From NCBI GenBank assembly GCA_964016885.1, contig OZ024743.1:225122001-225186000 (forward strand): a DNA stretch of 64,000 bases, written 5' to 3'. A program made the position numbers and the translations under genes. The stretch is from Eledone cirrhosa. Lineage: Eukaryota. Shown here in pieces: positions 60,680 to 64,000 of this stretch (positions are counted from its first letter, which is position 1; each line of letters starts with the position of its first letter). The notes under the pieces were generated by a model. The model did not search any database. It saw nothing but the letters and a program-made list of their open reading frames with translations, and had not been told where the DNA came from.

Positions 60680-63228
60680 ATCTAGTAGTTAGCGACCTTA
60701 TAGTTAGAGCTAGAAGAACTCAGCAACAGAGGACAACCTGTAGGAGAAGAATATGGAAGTTAAAGGGCCCATCAGCCAGTAACAACTTTAGAGGTATGTT
60801 GTTTGACACTTTTGACTGTAAGGAAGAGGAACTAGAGACATACAATATAGAGGAGCAGTGAGAGTTCCTGAAAGATAGCCTATTGAAGGTGACAAACAAA
60901 ATCTGTGGTTGGAGAAGGTCTCTAGGGGAAAGGAGAGTGATTTGGTGGTGGAATAGTAGGGCAAATGAGACAATTAAGGCCAAAAGACAGGCACGGAAAG
61001 AATGGCAGAATGGGGGATTGCTAAGAGAGAAGCTAGGCAACAAGTATACCTTGCACAAAGGGAAGCAGAAAATAAGAAATTCAAGCTTGTTTTGCAGGCA
61101 GTGTGACGATCAAAGGCGTGAGGTGTTCAGGACCGCAAGGCAGTGTGTCAGGGGAAATTATGATGTTGATGGGGTGAAGTGTGTCCGAGATGATAATGGC
61201 ATACTTGCCCTCACTGACGCTGAAAATGAGGTAACATAGAAGTACCACTATGAAAGATTACTGAATGAGGAGGATGCTTGGGAAGAAGAGAGTTTGCCAC
61301 AAGTTGATCCAAGAGTGACCAGTGGTACAAATCAGCAGTAGTACGACAATGAAGGATATGAAGACAGGCAAGGCAGCTGGACCTTCGGGATAGTTGCTGA
61401 AAGCATCTGGAATGGTGGGTCACACCATAGTCACCTGTATTGTAAACCAAGTAATACAAAATGGTGTCATACTTAATAACTGACATAGCAGCAGCATCGT
61501 CAACTGCTACAAGGTCAAAGGGTATGCTCTAGATAGAGAAACCTATAGAGGCATTAAGTTGGTTGACCAGGTTATGAAGGTCACAGAAAGAGTCATAGCA
61601 CAGCTGATTAGGGATCGGGTTAACCTAGAAGAGATGCAGTTTGGATTTGTGCAAGGTAAAAGTACCCTAGATGCCTTTTTTTGAGACAACTGCAAGAGAA
61701 GTACCTAGCTGAAAGTAAATCCCTCTACTTGGCATTTGTTGACCTGGAGAAAGCTGTTGACTGAGTTTCCCATTCCATTATCTGGTGGGTTCTTAAAAAT
61801 CTAAGAGTAGACTAGTGGCTTGTGAGGGTTGTACAAGCCATATATTGAGGAACAGTCAGCAAGGTCAGAATTAACAATGACCATAACAAAGAATTTAGTG
61901 TGCAGGTCAGTTCTTAGCCCTCTTCAGTTTATTATCAACCTGCAGGCTATAACAGAAGAGTTTAAGACTGGCTGTCCATGGGAACTTCTGTATGCAAATG
62001 ACCTAACACTTAGAGCTGAATCTGTGGCAGAATTAGAGAAGAAATTCCAAACCTGGAAGCATGGCCTAGAATCAAAAGGTCTTAAAGTTAACTTGTCAAA
62101 GACCAAAGTCCTAGTATGTAGCAAGGAAAACAGGGTCCAGATTCCCCCAGGGAAATGGCCTTACTTAGTGTGCAGAAAAGGAGTAAGTAGAAATTCCATC
62201 CTAAGTCCCAAAGGCAAACTATGGGTACACAAGAGTGTAGTGGGATTTCAGGTGGGCTAGCAAAGGTGCAGTAAATAACAGGAACTCACAGAATACAAGC
62301 TCCTTCAAATGCCCAGAGGGCTCTGTAGAAGTAGTAGATAATTTCTGTTACCTGGGTGAGCAAATTAGCAGTGGAGGAGGGTGTTCCGAAAACATAGTAG
62401 CCAGAGTGAAAATGGATTGAAGAAAATTTAGGGAGCTACTACCACTGCTAACTCTCAAAATGAAAGGCAGATTGTACAACGTATGCATATGAACAGCAAT
62501 GATGCATGGTAGTGAGACTTGGATGCTGTGTACAGAGGACTTGTGAAGATTGGAAAGAAATGAAGCTTCCATGCTTTGATGGATGTGTAATGATAATATA
62601 CATGAAGGACAAAGCATAAAGGAACCGAGAAAGAAACTGGCTATAAGAGAGGTCAGATGCAGAGTGCAGGAGAGGAGATTGCATTGGTATGGACATGTAA
62701 TGCATATGAAGGATGACAGCTGTATAAATAGATGCAGAATGCTCAAAGTTGATGGAAGCTATGGAGTAGGAAGAACTAGGAAGACTTTGGACGAGGTGAT
62801 AAAAGCTGACCTTGTACAATTGCTCTTCTCAAAGGTGATGACACAGGACCATGATCTCTGGTGTTATGCAGTAATACAACCCGACTTCCCATGTGCATGG
62901 CTTGAAACATAAATCATGTATGCACCACCTTCCTCTCCACTACCCATTCCATACACTTCCCACCTCTCACCCATGGCCCTAGATATACCTCTCCCATTCA
63001 AGTCCCCAGTCCACACTACAAAGTGGTCATTTTGGTGCCACAACAAAATGTGCCCAGCCCTCACTGTAAATGTGGTTGGTATTAGGAAGGGCATCCAGCC
63101 ATATAAACCAAGCCAAAATCAGTTGTGTGTGAGCAAGACATGGTCATCTGACCTGGCTTGTCTCACAGCGGGACAGCTTATCTAACCTATGCTAGCATAG
63201 AAAATAGATGTTAAATGGTGATGATGAT
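60680..63228 (+). mobile_element. Old, heavily decayed RTE LINE
   Basis: Fragmentary ORFs ([26 protein letters not shown]) and a 3' UTR related to 8605-9510. Confidence 0.88.
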
Positions 63229-63429
63229 CATCATCATAGTATATATTAGGGACTTTGGGTAATATTGTCTATAAGGTTGACTAGAGGCAAGGCAGAGACT
63301 TGGGAGCCTATCATTTCTTTTTTTTTTTTTGTTTTGTAGTGAAGTGAAAGATTGAAGTGCCGAAGAGGGCCTAAATACCTGAAAGCCTAGGGACGCCGCC
63401 ACAGATTAATACAACCCTAAGAGTCAGCC

Positions 63430-63892
63430 ATACCTATATTGTTGCATATATACAGTATGACCTTAGAGTCACATATATCTGTGTTGTAAATATACGGTGT
63501 GATAACTGTGTTGCATATAGATACATTGTATATATACACTGCCCCTATAGATATATAGTATATATATATATATAGTGATATCACTGTCACCTATATCTGT
63601 CGTAGATATAGTGTGATATCAGTCTCACCTATATCTATGTTGTATAAACTGTGATATCAGTGTCCCTGTTGATATGTTGTATATCACACACTGTGATATC
63701 AGTGTCGCCTATAGATATGTAGTATAAACTGTGATATCAGTGTCACCTATATATTATAAGTTGTATATATAGTGTGATATCAGTGTCACCTATATCTATG
63801 TTATATATATATAGTGTGATATCAGTGTCCCCTATAGATATATTATATATATACAATGTCCCCTATAGATATGTAGTATATATAGTGTGATA
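63430..63892. repeat. ~40-bp minisatellite
   Basis: GTGATATCAGTGTCACCTATA(T/G)... units. Confidence 0.85.
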
Positions 63893-64000
63893 GAAAACAA
63901 CGTTAGTTTTCTGTCTACTGCCTACCTTCGACCTATCAATAACATACTTGTCAATTTTGGTTTGTCATTTATAACACACTACTACTACTACTACGAGTAG

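Noticed and set aside
63430-63892. CRISPR-like array
   Set aside because: Eukaryotic context; spacers are similar to each other, so it is a minisatellite

Overview
Eukaryotic, very AT-rich, repeat-saturated DNA with no confidently supported host gene. The SINE families resemble those I recall from octopus genomes, so the taxon is an inference. Kilobase-long (TA)n arrays interrupted by C/A variants act as a scaffold packed with retroelements. These include about nine RTE-clade LINE copies of different ages, one CR1-group LINE fragment, and two Penelope-like elements (PLEs) with inverted termini plus two PLE fragments. There are also several tRNA-derived SINE families (one with a CORE domain and an RTE tail), a bipartite RTE-derived SINE, a mariner remnant and three MITE types. 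All long Tyr/Ile/His-rich ORFs are microsatellite artefacts. The most notable signals are: (1) a textbook minimal type I hammerhead ribozyme in both inverted termini of one PLE, plus several more hammerhead-like cores; (2) a near-intact PLE with a long insertion between RT motifs A and B'; (3) an unnamed ~620-bp non-coding unit present at two loci as partial tandems, one with a fold-back end, which looks like a non-autonomous PLE-mobilised (retrozyme-like) element.
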